Positions 35,841 to 43,747 of a DNA stretch of 43,747 bases are shown in pieces (position 1 is the stretch's first letter; the number at the start of each line of letters is the position of its first letter). Both the position numbers and the translations under genes were made by a program. Location of the stretch: the IMG/VR virus record IMGVR_UViG_3300032125_000008, positions 1 through 43,747 of that record. One strand, written 5' to 3'. This DNA is from a virus (taxonomy: Duplodnaviria > Caudoviricetes). A model generated the notes under the pieces. It ran no database searches, was not told the origin of the DNA, and saw only the letters and a program-made list of their open reading frames with translations.

Positions 35841-36014
35841 TTACTTCTCCTCAGACGTTGCTTTGTCCATGGAGTTGTTTTCATAGTCTCTTAGTAAGCT
35901 TATCACAAGGCCAGAGAAGTTCATATTTAGACGTTCGCAGTGCTCTTTTACATTCCTAACTACCTGTTCGTCGTTAGGCCGTTTGTCTTTTGTGCTGAAG
36001 GTAAAGATTGCCAT
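35841..36014 (-). CDS. small ribbon-helix-helix-like DNA-binding protein
   Basis: Alternating IFTFST strand plus two helices (VKEHCERLNMNFSGLVISLL); start 36014. Confidence 0.55.
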   Translation of the reverse strand: MAIFTFSTKDKRPNDEQVVRNVKEHCERLNMNFSGLVISLLRDYENNSMDKATSEEK

Positions 36015-36051
36015 ATCATAGGTCCTGTTAGCTATTAAACTTATATAAGAC

Positions 36052-36098
36052 ATTATACCGTAATTACTGTGTACAAGTAAACAATTTTGCTTTATAAT
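36052..36098. promoter_or_regulatory. overlapping divergent promoters (terminase operon on -, head operon on +)
   Basis: + strand TGTACA(36070)-17-TATAAT(36093); - strand TTTACT(36081)-18-TATAAT(36057). Confidence 0.75.
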
Positions 36099-36140
36099 AG
36101 AAGAGTAGTTAATAGTAACTCATCAATTAAGGAATTCACC

Positions 36141-36872
36141 ATGCCAGGACAAAATGGTACTCCGAGCGAAGAGAATGCTCGGAACACGTCTTACGAGAGC
36201 AAAGTAAATGAAGTAATCACCGGTTCAACTAGAGGTGAAGATGGTAAGCTTACATTTCCTGAAGGAACAGATGAAAGTCTAGCATTCTCAGCTACTGCTG
36301 AAATTCGTCGTCGTGATACCCAAGGTGCTTACACAAAGAATCAACAAACTCTTAAAGCGTTACAAGCTGAAAATGAAAAGCTTGCATCATCATGGGAAAG
36401 CGACGCTGTTGCTAACCTTAGCTCAACTGAACAAGCTAGTCTCGAAGAGCTTAAAGTCCAAGACCCAGATACTTGGCGTTCAGAAATTGCCAGGCTAGAA
36501 GAAGAAAAGCGCGGCAAGTTTAAAGAGCGTCGTACAGCTATTTCTGAAGAAGCATCTCAGACTACAGAGCTAGAACGTCGCGGACTGCAACTCGAACAGT
36601 TCAATAAAGACAACCCTGAAATTGAACTTACAGATGAAGTCATTGAAAACGACATCCCTCCTCGCATTACACGCAAACTTGAAAAAGGCGAAATTCAATT
36701 CGACGAGTACCTAGCTGAAGTTGCTACTTATTTAGGTAAGTCGAAAAAAATTGACCCTGGTAAAACAGCACCTAAAACTCCAGGTTTTGCTGATATCCGC
36801 AGTTCTAACAGCCCAACTGACGACGCTCTTAATAATCAAAGTAAATCAGATTATAATAAGGAGGTTTTCTAA
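36141..36872 (+). CDS. capsid scaffolding protein
   Basis: AAGGA RBS and ATG at 36141; acidic coiled coil upstream of the capsid gene. Confidence 0.65.
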   Translation: MPGQNGTPSEENARNTSYESKVNEVITGSTRGEDGKLTFPEGTDESLAFSATAEIRRRDTQGAYTKNQQTLKALQAENEKLASSWESDAVANLSSTEQASLEELKVQDPDTWRSEIARLEEEKRGKFKERRTAISEEASQTTELERRGLQLEQFNKDNPEIELTDEVIENDIPPRITRKLEKGEIQFDEYLAEVATYLGKSKKIDPGKTAPKTPGFADIRSSNSPTDDALNNQSKSDYNKEVF

Positions 36873-37369
36873 TGTACGTCGGAACTAAAGTAATTAAAGC
36901 TTTACCAATGACTCGTCAAGAGTATAACGACTATCGTAGTTGGCAAATGCTAGAAGATGAAACAGACTGCGATGGTTTCTTAGTTGAATATTTGGAAGGT
37001 GGCAAATCAAATGATATTCGTCACAAAGGCTATATTTCATGGTCACCTGCCGATGTGTTTAATAATGCATATAAAGCTTCAGGCGAGTATTCGTTTGGAC
37101 ATGCAATTGAATTAGCTAAGCTCGGTTATAAAATAGCGCGATCAGGTTGGAACGGTAAAGGCATGTGGGTAATTTATAACCCAGGTAGCTTGGGACAGAC
37201 ACACGCAATGTTTGATGGGTCGGTGTACAAAAACCATGGAGTTGATGAGTGTGAGATTCTTCCACACTTTGATATGTACACCATCAATGCTTATGGGCGT
37301 AGGGCTATGCTGCCAGGGTGGTTGGCAAGTCAAACGGATATGCTAGCAACTGACTGGTGTATTATTTAA
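36872..37369 (+). CDS. DUF2829 / Tad2-like anti-defence nucleotide-signal sponge with extra N-terminal domain
   Basis: C-half FGHAIE..K.G.KIARSGWNGKGMW...W..SQTDMLA.DW is the DUF2829 signature. Confidence 0.8.
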   Translation: MYVGTKVIKALPMTRQEYNDYRSWQMLEDETDCDGFLVEYLEGGKSNDIRHKGYISWSPADVFNNAYKASGEYSFGHAIELAKLGYKIARSGWNGKGMWVIYNPGSLGQTHAMFDGSVYKNHGVDECEILPHFDMYTINAYGRRAMLPGWLASQTDMLATDWCII

Positions 37370-37383
37370 ATAAAAATAATAAT

Positions 37384-37412
37384 TTTACTTTTCATGTTTA
37401 ACGTGCTATAAT
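37384..37412 (+). promoter_or_regulatory. major capsid promoter TTTACT-17-TATAAT (extended TG)
   Basis: Boxes at 37384-37389 and 37407-37412, AT-rich upstream. Confidence 0.75.
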
Positions 37413-37417
37413 TAGGA

Positions 37418-37513
37418 TAGATGAGGCAAGTTGCTTGAGCGTTCTGTAGGTACTACACCGCAAATAGCAACTTGCACAAGGTCTCCGGCTTGGAATCACC
37501 TACTGTTCATTTA
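37418..37513 (+). ncRNA. candidate structured 5'-UTR RNA (three-way junction) upstream of the capsid gene
   Basis: Perfect 10-bp stem GCAAGTTGCT/AGCAACTTGC with inner stems, second hairpin AGGT..TCC/GGA..ACCT, closing UAGAUGA/UCAUUUA. Confidence 0.45.
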
Positions 37514-37547
37514 ACCATTAAATCTAACCTTTAAAAGGCGGACAATT

Positions 37548-38705
37548 ATGTCTACTGCTATTGTTAAGGTTGGTTCGGACCTTGAACGTCGTAAATGGAT
37601 GCGAGAAGGATTGATTCAAAAAGCTTCACAGTCTTTTTGGAACGCCTACTCTGGTACATCTAAAGACGCGATTGTTTTCCAAGCCAACAACGAAAATTCA
37701 GGCGAAGGCCACACTGTCGTATTCGACTTTGATGGTAACATTTCTGGCAAAGCGATCAAAGGCAAAGACACTGCATTTGGTAAAGGCGAACAGAAGAAAA
37801 AATTCTCCGACAAAATCACAGTTGAACGCTATCGTCTAGTAGTAGACAACGGTGATAAATTTGACGGCGTGAACATCGGTGACCTGCAAATCAATGAGCA
37901 CTCTGATTCACGCTCTAAGCTGGGTGATTTGTGGATTCGTTGGAAAGATCAAGCATTGTTCGATAGTGCTCAAGGCTTGCTTTCAACTAACGATGATGGT
38001 GTCCAGGCTCCTTCACACACCATTGATCTCGGTACTACGTTCACATTCAATCAATTGCTTGATATTGAGCGCACGCTGAAAACTTCTAACGGTTACACCA
38101 CTGGCGGCGTACGTCGTCCACTTGATCCTTTCCGGGTTAATGACGGTGATAAACCTATTTGGTTGTTTATTGTTGACTCAGCTATGGCTAATATCCTACG
38201 TAAGGACACTGCCGGTTACCAAACACTAATTCGTAGTGGTGATATTCGCGGTAATAATAACCGTAACATCACAGGCGTAATTGGCCAACTTGGTAGTATG
38301 CTGATTGTTGAAGCAGCTCAGTTCTTTGGTTCAACAGGTGGATCAACTCTTGGCTTCACGCTAGATGATTCTGAAGTTGAAATGAGTGGTTTGCGTCAGT
38401 ATGATGGTGCTAATCCAACCACTGCACTTTGGACAGGTCAAGAAGGTTTTGACTATGCTTCTACTGATCTACACTCTCGTGGTGTAATTCTTGGCGGTGG
38501 TGCTCTTCAAATTGCAATGGGCAAACAGCCAGATTATCGCTGGCAGCCGTCTCAAGACTTTGCCATCAAGTCTGAGTCTGCACTGGAGGTTTGGACTGAA
38601 GTTCGTAAGACCAAACTTAAAGCCGAAAATGCTAACTACAAAGCAGCAAAAGTGGCTGACATCGATTATGGTGTTGTTACTGTTGATCTGCAAGTTGGCT
38701 CATAA
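37548..38705 (+). CDS. major capsid protein (N4-gp56 / DUF4043-like)
   Basis: 385 aa; G.TVVFDFDG.ISG...G.....G..EQ, DLW....DQ..FD, IG.LG.MLIVE; biased high-expression codon use; own promoter. Confidence 0.85.
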   Translation: MSTAIVKVGSDLERRKWMREGLIQKASQSFWNAYSGTSKDAIVFQANNENSGEGHTVVFDFDGNISGKAIKGKDTAFGKGEQKKKFSDKITVERYRLVVDNGDKFDGVNIGDLQINEHSDSRSKLGDLWIRWKDQALFDSAQGLLSTNDDGVQAPSHTIDLGTTFTFNQLLDIERTLKTSNGYTTGGVRRPLDPFRVNDGDKPIWLFIVDSAMANILRKDTAGYQTLIRSGDIRGNNNRNITGVIGQLGSMLIVEAAQFFGSTGGSTLGFTLDDSEVEMSGLRQYDGANPTTALWTGQEGFDYASTDLHSRGVILGGGALQIAMGKQPDYRWQPSQDFAIKSESALEVWTEVRKTKLKAENANYKAAKVADIDYGVVTVDLQVGS

Positions 38706-38719
38706 GGAGGAGTTGAATT

Positions 38720-39160
38720 ATGGCTAACGTCGATAAAACTCGTTCTGCCAGCTTTCATCAGAAAAAGAGCGAAAGTATCTTTGCTGGTGTAGTAGTAGAA
38801 GGTACAGGAATTGCTCAGATTGCTTCGGGATCAGGTAACTTTCTGATTGCTAATCTGCCTCCACGCTCAATTGCTACTAATGCTTATATCCACACTCTTG
38901 TTGTTAGCGATGCAGCTACATCAAACGTGGTAACGCTTGGTACAACTGAAGGTGGCAGTGAAATCATGAGTGCTGGTGACATTACATCACTAGGTGAATC
39001 TGGTACTCTAACTGGTCAAGTGTCTACAGGCACTGGCGTATCTCTATATCTTGGCGTAACCACAACTGGTGCCGCTACAGACGTAGCTGAATATGTTGTA
39101 GTTGTCGAATATCTTGAATTCGGCAAAACTACTGGTGAGTACACCAAGATCAGCAAGTAA
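38720..39160 (+). CDS. putative capsid decoration / minor structural protein
   Basis: Strong AGGAGG RBS; Gly/Thr-rich beta protein (IANLPP..I...VVVEY) between the capsid gene and a terminator. Confidence 0.6.
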   Translation: MANVDKTRSASFHQKKSESIFAGVVVEGTGIAQIASGSGNFLIANLPPRSIATNAYIHTLVVSDAATSNVVTLGTTEGGSEIMSAGDITSLGESGTLTGQVSTGTGVSLYLGVTTTGAATDVAEYVVVVEYLEFGKTTGEYTKISK

Positions 39161-39167
39161 TATAAAA

Positions 39168-39196
39168 CTGCCTTAGCTAACGTTAAGGCAGCTTTT
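39168..39196 (+). terminator. terminator after the capsid genes
   Basis: CTGCCTTAGC-TAAC-GTTAAGGCAG followed by CTTTT. Confidence 0.7.
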
Positions 39197-39283
39197 AAAT
39201 GTGTAGTAACTTAGCTATACATTTAAAAGCTGAATATGTAGTAGTAAACAATCTCCATACTGAATTCCAATATAACTACACCA

Positions 39284-40150
39284 GTGGCGACAGCTATGCT
39301 TGATAGGGTAAGAAAGATTCTAGCAAGAGCTAGGTTAACACTAGCTGATCCAAATAAAGAACGCTGGGATGATGCTACACTTGTAGACATACTAGAAGAA
39401 GCACAAATTGATTTTTGTCAACAAACTCAAATGTTGCATGAACGCATAAATGTACCTGTTTTTGCTAATAATCCGTATTTTGCGCTACCAGATGATTGCT
39501 GGCAATTAACTCGTGTATTATATGACAACAATGTAATTCCTTTGGTAACACATTATGAGTTAGATAGTCAAGGTGTTGCAAATGTAGTTGGTGTTGCTAA
39601 GCTAACAACTACAAGTAATAGTTGGGAAGAAGATACAGGTATACCTGCAGCTATTATATATGACAGAGCAAACATGCTAGAAGGTAAAGTATATCCTATA
39701 CCTGATGAAAGATTTAGGTCTGATCAAGATGTAGGCTATCTAGGAGTTGCAGTTTCTGTTGAAGGTGCAGAGTTACCAGATGTATTTGGTGTAGTTTCAG
39801 ATGTAGAAGATAGTAATGCTATAGACTTAGACTATACTGATTTATTTGGTGTTGTGTCTAATCTAAGTTCAGAAGAAATTGAGTCGTACGTAAAATGCTA
39901 CTTTCTTAAAAATCCAGCCACACTAGAAAGTATAGATAGTGAGTTAAGTATACCTAGCATGTACGATATAGCGCTTAAATTTTATGTTTGTGGTCAAGCA
40001 TTCATGAATGACATAGACACAGGTTATCAGCAAAAAGGCGCTGATCAAATGAGAATTTATGAACGTCATATTAAGACAGCTAAGCGCGATAGTGCTAAAG
40101 ATTTCACTAGAGCTAGTCAGTTTGAAACTTATTATAGGCGTGGAGTTTAA
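39284..40150 (+). CDS. head-tail adaptor protein
   Basis: I...AR..L.D....RW.D..L...L.EAQ..F and IP..YD.AL..YV motifs; position. Confidence 0.65.
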   Translation: MATAMLDRVRKILARARLTLADPNKERWDDATLVDILEEAQIDFCQQTQMLHERINVPVFANNPYFALPDDCWQLTRVLYDNNVIPLVTHYELDSQGVANVVGVAKLTTTSNSWEEDTGIPAAIIYDRANMLEGKVYPIPDERFRSDQDVGYLGVAVSVEGAELPDVFGVVSDVEDSNAIDLDYTDLFGVVSNLSSEEIESYVKCYFLKNPATLESIDSELSIPSMYDIALKFYVCGQAFMNDIDTGYQQKGADQMRIYERHIKTAKRDSAKDFTRASQFETYYRRGV

Positions 40151-42054
40151 TGAAGCTACAAGAATTTAACGGCGGTGTATCAAGTAGACTAGCCGGACAA
40201 TTAATAGGTGCAAATCAAGGAACTGTCTATGAAAATATAGACAATTCTAAAGGTGTACTAGTACCTGTAAAAGACAAATTAGCAACCGCTATAGAAGTTG
40301 ATAAATTTAATAAGTATTTTGTAGCTGAAGATACATGGCTTAGTAGCGTAATAAATACTGACTATTTAGAATTCCAAAGTGTAATGTATTCTACCGATAG
40401 ATTTAGTCGACCACTTAAATATAAGAATGGTAATTACGATAACCTAGGTATAGTTAGACCTCGATATGCTAGCGCAGCAACTAACATTAGCAAGGCGACA
40501 ACGCTTAAAGATATAACAACGCTTAACAAGACTAATGTTGGTGATCTACCTGCATCAGATTTAGAATACTTACTTTTTAATGTTAAAGACGGTGTGTATT
40601 CTCAGCCATTTAGATTTGTTGTTTTTGCAAGTTCTACTACAGCAACTAGAGCGCAAGAATTTAGTTCAGGCTCACTAAGAAGTGTAGTTAATACTATAAC
40701 AACTGAAGTTAATCCAATTAATAGAGCTGTAGAATTTAAAGAACTAAAAGGTAAGTTTGAGGATAAAGCTGTATTATTTAGGAACTATGATGGTGCATGG
40801 CGGCAAGTAGCAGAGTTTTTAACAAAAGGTGTAACTGTAGTAGATTCAGTATATGACATAAGTGCAGCTACAGAATTAAATGAAGATTTGATAACACCGT
40901 TTGATGGAACTTACCAATACGTATACACTTTCTATAATTCAGATGACGGCACAGAATCTGCACCTAATACTATATCGTCAGAATTAGCAGCCAGTAGTGG
41001 TTTCATACAGGTTACTCTTAACAGTGTGTCTGCTGATCCGCAAGTCACGCATAAAAGACTATATCGAGTAGGTGGTAATATTACTGAATTTACTATGGTA
41101 GCAGAGTTAAGTAGTTCTACTACTGTATATACAGATACGCTTAAGGATTTAGACATTGATGGAAGATTGTTAGAATCTGATAATTATTATGAAGCACCAG
41201 TTGGGCTAAACTATTTAGCTGAAGCTTATGCTATGCTATTTGGTGCGTTAGGGTCTTCTTTACGTTTTACACCTGTGGGTAAACCTAATGCTTGGCCGCT
41301 AGAGTATGAAATACAATTCGATCAAGACATAACCGGCATTGGTACAGCAGCAAATGGTTTACTTGTGTTTACACTTACCAAAGCCTACATCGTGACTGGA
41401 ACCGGTCCTACTTCCCTATCTCAACAATCGCTAAGAGGTGATCAAGGTTGTATAGCTTTTGAGTCTATAAAAGAAGTAGACGCTGGTATGTTGATATGGG
41501 CTTCCGCTGACGGTCTATGCGTATCTTCAGGTAATAATGTAAAGAATATAACTAAGGACTCGCTTGGTCATATAGAGTTAACACCAGTTAGCTCAGCAGT
41601 ACATGATGAAGTGTACTATTGTCAAAACAAAGACGGTAGTATATTAGCTTTTGACTATAGATTTCAGCCAACACTTAAGTGGTTAAACCTAGGTACAACT
41701 TTTTTATCAGTAGCTAAAGGTAAATTGTACGGTTATAGTGATAGCGTATTGTATCTTTTATATAAAGCTACAAACAATCTGCAAATGAATTATAAGTCAC
41801 CTTTGTTTGTAGAAGGGTCATTCACCGAAAATAAAACGTATAAAAAGGTTTATGTTAGGTCAGAAGGCGATATAATAATAGTTGTATTAATAGACGACGA
41901 AATAGTCGCAACTTTTGATTTAGCAGGTAAAGCTACTCATCAACTGCAAGTACCTCAGAATCTTCAAAGAGGTTACAGTATACAGTTCAAAGTAACCGGT
42001 ACTGGTACAGTTAATGAGATAGAATACACTGTAGGACCTAGACAAAATGGCTAA
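40150..42054 (+). CDS. tail nozzle / tubular protein (P22 gp10-like)
   Basis: 634 aa beta-rich; F.GG start, L.FT....P.AWP, GC....SI, WAS.DGLC; embedded Ig/FnIII-like Y.Y.YTF...G.ES.P...RLYR. Confidence 0.7.
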   Translation: MKLQEFNGGVSSRLAGQLIGANQGTVYENIDNSKGVLVPVKDKLATAIEVDKFNKYFVAEDTWLSSVINTDYLEFQSVMYSTDRFSRPLKYKNGNYDNLGIVRPRYASAATNISKATTLKDITTLNKTNVGDLPASDLEYLLFNVKDGVYSQPFRFVVFASSTTATRAQEFSSGSLRSVVNTITTEVNPINRAVEFKELKGKFEDKAVLFRNYDGAWRQVAEFLTKGVTVVDSVYDISAATELNEDLITPFDGTYQYVYTFYNSDDGTESAPNTISSELAASSGFIQVTLNSVSADPQVTHKRLYRVGGNITEFTMVAELSSSTTVYTDTLKDLDIDGRLLESDNYYEAPVGLNYLAEAYAMLFGALGSSLRFTPVGKPNAWPLEYEIQFDQDITGIGTAANGLLVFTLTKAYIVTGTGPTSLSQQSLRGDQGCIAFESIKEVDAGMLIWASADGLCVSSGNNVKNITKDSLGHIELTPVSSAVHDEVYYCQNKDGSILAFDYRFQPTLKWLNLGTTFLSVAKGKLYGYSDSVLYLLYKATNNLQMNYKSPLFVEGSFTENKTYKKVYVRSEGDIIIVVLIDDEIVATFDLAGKATHQLQVPQNLQRGYSIQFKVTGTGTVNEIEYTVGPRQNG

Positions 42055-43072
42055 TCAATCTCTAGTAGCAATACCTCCAAATGTGGAGGAGCCTATTGTA
42101 CTGAAACGTTTCCTTTCACGTTTAGTTGAACAGCTAGACATTGTGTTAGGTAACAGAGCTGGTCCACAGAATAAATATGCTGATCAGCAACAGTTAGTAA
42201 GTTTAAATGAGCAGTTGACTACTAATCTTAAGTCAGCTCTAGAAAGTCTTGAATATGCAATATTGCAAACTAGTGAACTTACTGATGATGAAGTTATAGA
42301 ATTAACTAAACGTGTATTAGTTGTAGAAGACGTTAATAGCCAACAAAACACCAGACTAAATGATATTGAATTGCTCGATGGTCAGCAAGACACCAGACTA
42401 GATGATATTGAATTGCTCGATGGTCAGCAAGACACCAGACTAGATGATATTGAATCGCTCGATGGTCAGCAAGACACCAGACTAGATGATATTGAATTAC
42501 TTGATGGTCAGCAAGACACCAGACTAGATGATATTGAATTACTTGATGGTCAGCAAGACACCAGACTAGATGATATTGAATTACTTGATGGTCAACAAAA
42601 CACCAGACTAAATGATATTGAATCGCTCGATGGTCAGCAAGACACCAGACTAGATGATATTGAATTACTTGATGGTCAACAAGACATCAGACTAGATGAG
42701 TTGGATGCAGAAAAAGCCCTACTCGCTGGCTCACCAGCTCAAGCATTCTCAGCAAGCACACAAACATCAACTAATTTTAAAGTCGCGAATGATGGCGGGT
42801 ATTCTACTGATACTTCTGCGAATGCTATAGCTATTGCATCGGCTGGCACTAAGGTGTTTAGCAATTTCAGCGGGATGATTATAGTAAATAATACAGCTAC
42901 TGGTGGCGTTGGTTTATTCTTAGTTGGTGCTGGCGCCAATCTTACTGTGGCATCAGTTGGCTCGTCAGTTGGCTCGTTTTCTTACGTCGCCCCAAATTAT
43001 GTGTGGACTAGCAATGACGCAAGTACGTCGAATTATACATTTACATTATTCCGCACAAGATCTACTGCTTAA
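42047..43072 (+). CDS. tail fibre / needle-like coiled-coil protein with 14-aa tandem repeats
   Basis: N-terminal anchor, repeated QQDTRLDDIELLDG, C-terminal beta knob. Confidence 0.7.
   Translation: MANQSLVAIPPNVEEPIVLKRFLSRLVEQLDIVLGNRAGPQNKYADQQQLVSLNEQLTTNLKSALESLEYAILQTSELTDDEVIELTKRVLVVEDVNSQQNTRLNDIELLDGQQDTRLDDIELLDGQQDTRLDDIESLDGQQDTRLDDIELLDGQQDTRLDDIELLDGQQDTRLDDIELLDGQQNTRLNDIESLDGQQDTRLDDIELLDGQQDIRLDELDAEKALLAGSPAQAFSASTQTSTNFKVANDGGYSTDTSANAIAIASAGTKVFSNFSGMIIVNNTATGGVGLFLVGAGANLTVASVGSSVGSFSYVAPNYVWTSNDASTSNYTFTLFRTRSTA
42341..42699 (+). repeat. 42-bp tandem repeat, 8 full copies plus a partial ninth
   Basis: Consensus CAGCAAGACACCAGACTAGATGATATTGAATTRCTYGATGGT. Confidence 0.95.
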
Positions 43073-43159
43073 TAGTTAGGAAACATGTTATAACGATGTA
43101 GTATTAGTAAGTTACTAGTGATTGCAGATTCTAATAATTTCTAACTTAATGGTGGTGGG

Positions 43160-43699
43160 ATGAACGAAGTAAGTGGTCCGCATGACAAACTGCAACAGTG
43201 GGTGCTTGAAAATACGCCTGAAGTGGCTGATGCCAGCAAGGTCTATGGCGCCATTTCTGTCGATGACCATGAGGGCCGGATTGAAGCCAGACGCCGCATT
43301 GATCGTTTTCATGAAGCCCTAGACGCAATCGCCACTGGTAATGAAGTTGCAGAGCTTAACGCTAACGGGCTTAAGGAGTACATGGTCGACGGCGCCTATG
43401 TCCGGGAATTATTCATTCCTGCAGACATGTTCATTGTTAGCAGAATATGGAAGCAGGACAGGTTATGGATTGTTGCATCCGGAGAAATATCATTCACCAC
43501 TGAAATGGGCACGCAGCGTGTAGCTGCACCTTATCGTGGTATGTTGTTTCCTGGTTCAAAGGCCGCAGTTTACGCGCACAAGGACACGCTGATGTTCGCC
43601 ATTGTAGGCACAAAATCTCAGCACTTGTCAGAATTGGAAGATGAAGTAACCACTATGGATTATCGCGACTGCGAGTATCCGTGGAACTATTTAGATTAG
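43160..43699 (+). CDS. cupin-like fold protein
   Basis: G.YVRELFIPA....VSRI.K......V.SG.I......G...V.APY......GSK..VYAH.DT pattern. Confidence 0.65.
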   Translation: MNEVSGPHDKLQQWVLENTPEVADASKVYGAISVDDHEGRIEARRRIDRFHEALDAIATGNEVAELNANGLKEYMVDGAYVRELFIPADMFIVSRIWKQDRLWIVASGEISFTTEMGTQRVAAPYRGMLFPGSKAAVYAHKDTLMFAIVGTKSQHLSELEDEVTTMDYRDCEYPWNYLD

Positions 43700-43747
43700 A
43701 TGAGGTGATTTATGGTGTGGGCAGCAACAGCAGTAGCAGGCGCTACT
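43621..43747. repeat. copy of positions 1..127
   Basis: Exact match. Confidence 0.95.

Noticed and set aside
37418-37513. tRNA or known riboswitch
   Set aside because: No cloverleaf, T-loop or CCA end, and no aptamer consensus that I recognise; kept only as an unknown structured RNA
38695-38725. Programmed frameshift or readthrough fusing the capsid to the downstream protein
   Set aside because: No slippery heptamer seen, the genes are out of frame, and the downstream gene has its own strong RBS
42341-42699. CRISPR array or DGR repeat
   Set aside because: In-frame coding tandem repeat with no spacers; no reverse transcriptase in the genome
1-43620. Alternative genetic code
   Set aside because: Long genes are intact in the standard code and TAA, TAG and TGA are all used as stops

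Overview
The window is an apparently complete, circularly assembled genome of about 43.6 kb from a tailed dsDNA phage. Positions 1-127 equal 43621-43747, most likely a k=127 assembly overlap. Gene content suggests a lytic podovirus-like phage of a Gram-negative host: it has spanins, and no integrase or tape measure gene is recognisable. The + strand (36141 through the end, continuing 1-11223) carries scaffold, a Tad2-like anti-defence protein, major capsid, adaptor, nozzle, a repeat-containing fibre/needle, ejection proteins, portal, a beta-helix tailspike and a lysis cassette. The - strand (36014 down to 11210) carries terminase, early genes, primase-helicase, Dda-like helicase, SSB, PolA, nucleotide metabolism genes, RNase H, an SF2 helicase, ligase and VRR-NUC. 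The most striking feature is a thymidylate-synthase homologue with Asp at the position of E. coli Asn177, the known dUMP/dCMP specificity switch. It is clustered with an all-alpha NTP pyrophosphatase and a dCMP deaminase-diphosphohydrolase fusion, suggesting a dCMP-methylation pathway: either 5mC DNA or a dUMP-free route to dTMP. Other highlights are an EF-Ts N-terminal-domain mimic, two paralogous Zn-ribbon-like early proteins with their own regulatory RNA signals, a structured capsid 5' leader RNA, a phage-specific promoter family, an array of promoter-like repeats with broken -10 boxes, and a candidate iteron origin. All calls come from motif recognition by eye; no searches were run.
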